15,331 nucleotides of DNA. It comes from a virus (lineage: Duplodnaviria; Heunggongvirae; Uroviricota; Caudoviricetes). The translations under genes and the position numbers were made by a program. The DNA lies in IMG/VR virus record IMGVR_UViG_2706794665_000015; one strand, given 5' to 3'. The notes under the pieces are model-generated. The model did no database searches, had not been told where the DNA came from, and saw only the letters and a program-made list of their open reading frames with translations. Below, one piece after another: positions 13,386-15,331 of this stretch (position 1 is its first letter; each line of letters starts with the position of its first letter).

Positions 13386-14432
13386 GTGCGGGTATTACTT
13401 CGACCTGTTCTGGTACCGGAACTCGGGCTGGTGATCGTTAAGCCGGGCCGTGAATCCATGCCGGTATTCCACAATACCCGGGTACTGGTGGAGCCGGAAC
13501 CGAAAAGCATGCGTAATCTGCCGTCCGGGGTCGTTCCTGCCGTTCGCCAGCCGCTGGCGGAGGATAAATCATTACTGCCATTTTTCAGCGACGAACGAGT
13601 GATTCGTGCTGCTGGTGGCGCTGGCGCATTGTCTGACTGGTTACTGCGCCATGTTAAATCCTGCCAGTGGCCACACGGCGATTATCACCACAGTGAAACC
13701 GTCATTCACCGTTATGGTACCGGCGCAATGGTGTTGTGCTGGCACTGCGACAACCAGCTGCGCGACCAGACCTCCGAATCACTCGGGCAACTTGCTCACC
13801 AAAACCTGTCTGCATGGATGATTGACGTCATACGCCATGCAATGAATGGCTCGCAGGAACGGGAATTATCGCTGGCTGAATTATCCTGGTGGGCGGTCCG
13901 CAATCAGGTGGCGGACGCGCTACCGGAAGCGGTATTATGTCGTTCGCTGGGGTTGCGTGCGGAAAAAATCCGCTCAATGTACCGTGAAAGCGACATCGTA
14001 CCGGGAGAGCAGACCGCCACCAGCATACTGAAGCAGCGCACAAAAAATCTTGCGCCGCTGCCTCACGCCCACCAGCAAAACCCGCCACAGGAAGAGACGG
14101 TGGTCAGCATTGCCGTTGATCCTGAGTCTCCGGAATCTTTCATGAAACGACCTAAACGTCGCCGCTGGGTTAACGAGAAATACACACGCTGGGTGAAGAC
14201 ACAGCCGTGTGCGTGTTGTGGTAAGCCAGCCGACGATCCCCATCACCTGATTGGTCATGGTCAGGGCGGAATGGGGACAAAATCTCACGATATTTTCACG
14301 CTACCGCTGTGTCGGGAGCATCACAACGAGCTTCATGCGGATCCTCTGGCGTTCGAAGAAAAGCATGGTTCTCAGGTTGATTTAATTTTTCGTTTTCTTG
14401 ATCACGCCTTTGCAACTGGCGTGCTTGGGTAA
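13386..14432 (+). CDS. ydfU: DUF968 / YdfU-like protein (348 aa) with a C-terminal Cys/His (HNH-like) motif
   Basis: GTG start with GGAGG 4 nt upstream; C-terminal CACCGKPADDPHHLIGHGQGG…CREHHNELH; position upstream of rusA/Q. Confidence 0.7.
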   Translation: MRVLLRPVLVPELGLVIVKPGRESMPVFHNTRVLVEPEPKSMRNLPSGVVPAVRQPLAEDKSLLPFFSDERVIRAAGGAGALSDWLLRHVKSCQWPHGDYHHSETVIHRYGTGAMVLCWHCDNQLRDQTSESLGQLAHQNLSAWMIDVIRHAMNGSQERELSLAELSWWAVRNQVADALPEAVLCRSLGLRAEKIRSMYRESDIVPGEQTATSILKQRTKNLAPLPHAHQQNPPQEETVVSIAVDPESPESFMKRPKRRRWVNEKYTRWVKTQPCACCGKPADDPHHLIGHGQGGMGTKSHDIFTLPLCREHHNELHADPLAFEEKHGSQVDLIFRFLDHAFATGVLG

Positions 14433-14444
14433 AAGAGGTGACTG

Positions 14445-14819
14445 ATGCTCATAGATTTGGTTTTACCTTACCCGCCGACGGTGAACACTTACTGGCGACG
14501 CCGTGGCAGCACATATTTTATCTCGGAGGAGGGAAAGCGTTATCGCCGGGCTGTGGCGCTTATTGTTCGCCAGCAGCGGCTGAAATTAAGCCTGTCCGGA
14601 AGGCTGGCGATAAAGGTGATTGCAGAGCCACCGGATAAGCGTCGTCGCGACCTGGACAATATCCTGAAAGCACCGCTGGATGCGCTGACGCATGCGGGAG
14701 TGTTAATGGACGATGAGCAGTTTGATGAAATCAATATCGTTCGTGGTCAGCCAGTATCTGGTGGACGTATGGGGGTGAAGATTTACCCCATAATGCATGA
14801 AGAGCAGGTCAAAAAATGA
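14445..14819 (+). CDS. rusA: RusA Holliday-junction resolvase
   Basis: 124-aa product with the RusA pattern (…PDKRRRDLDNILKAPLDALTHAGVLMDDEQ…), similar to the DLP12 RusA as recalled; GAGGTG upstream. Confidence 0.9.
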   Translation: MLIDLVLPYPPTVNTYWRRRGSTYFISEEGKRYRRAVALIVRQQRLKLSLSGRLAIKVIAEPPDKRRRDLDNILKAPLDALTHAGVLMDDEQFDEINIVRGQPVSGGRMGVKIYPIMHEEQVKK

Positions 14820-15331
14820 AACTGGAAGATTTACCGAAATACTACTCCCCAAAATCCCCTGGCCTGACCGATGTATCGGCCTCAACGTCAAAAGATGCGC
14901 TGAGTATCACTGATGTGATGGCCGCGCAGGGCATGACACAGAATCGGGCTGAGATGGGGTTTTCTGCGTTCCTGGGGAAAATGGGCATCAGTATGAATGA
15001 CAGGGCGCGGGCAACAGAATTACTGGCAGATTATGCACTCAGTCGGTGCGATCGTGTGGCGGCGTTGAGAAAACTTCCGGCAGAAATAAAACCGGTAGTG
15101 ATGCGCATTATGGCTTCGTATGCGTTTGAAGATTATGCCCGTAGCGCGGCGAGCAAAAAACAGTGCCCCTGCTGTCACGGAAAAAAATTTATTGAAAGCG
15201 AGGTTTTTACAAACAAGATCCAGTATCCGGATGGTAAGCCGCCGGTATGGGCAAAGTGTACGAAAGGTGTGTATCCGTCTTACTGGGAAGAATGGAAAAA
15301 AGTCAGGGAGGTGGTAAAAGTTGCCTGTCCG
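14816..15331 (+). CDS. Q-like late-gene antiterminator, 5' portion (continues past the window end)
   Basis: ATG overlaps the rusA stop (ATGA); the frame is open for 172 codons to the window edge; contains the zinc-binding CPCCHGKK…C motif and resembles Qin/DLP12-type Q proteins as recalled. Confidence 0.75.
   Translation, partial: MKLEDLPKYYSPKSPGLTDVSASTSKDALSITDVMAAQGMTQNRAEMGFSAFLGKMGISMNDRARATELLADYALSRCDRVAALRKLPAEIKPVVMRIMASYAFEDYARSAASKKQCPCCHGKKFIESEVFTNKIQYPDGKPPVWAKCTKGVYPSYWEEWKKVREVVKVACP

Noticed and set aside
13190-14288. Minus-strand ORFs (106, 86, 104 aa) and a 71-aa plus-strand ORF inside the ydfU-like gene
   Set aside because: Overlap a long CDS with good start context; no independent support.
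15120-15317. 65-aa plus-strand ORF near the window end
   Set aside because: Out-of-frame inside the Q-like gene, which has the better start (coupled to rusA) and recognisable motifs; Arg/Lys-rich shadow translation.

Overview
This window reads as the early/regulatory half of a Dic/Qin-type lambdoid prophage from an Escherichia-like enterobacterium, running from a complete integrase at the window start to a 3'-truncated Q-like antiterminator at the window end. The leftward arm (minus strand) is int, xis, an 823-aa exonuclease with a C-terminal DEDDh domain, a YdfD-like lysis peptide, DicB, the DicF sRNA (exact 53-nt match to the sequence I recall), two coupled small genes, and the DicA repressor. 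The rightward arm (plus strand) is DicC/Cro-like, an O-like initiator with internal iterons, a lambda-P-like loader, a run of overlapping nin-like small genes, an A+T-rich cargo island carrying a HokD-like toxin, Rem-like, a DUF968/YdfU-like protein, RusA and Q. Two runs of N (8879-9153 and 10660-10910) interrupt coding sequence and hide about 0.5 kb. All protein identities rest on reading the translations and on recalled family features; no database search was run. The most interesting items are a plus-strand, A+T-rich 92-codon gene sitting antisense inside the DicA-repressed leftward operon, a hok locus that appears to keep its leader, upstream ORF and antisense promoter, a tandem pair of very acidic small proteins, and a 14-bp palindromic operator motif present in three copies around dicA.
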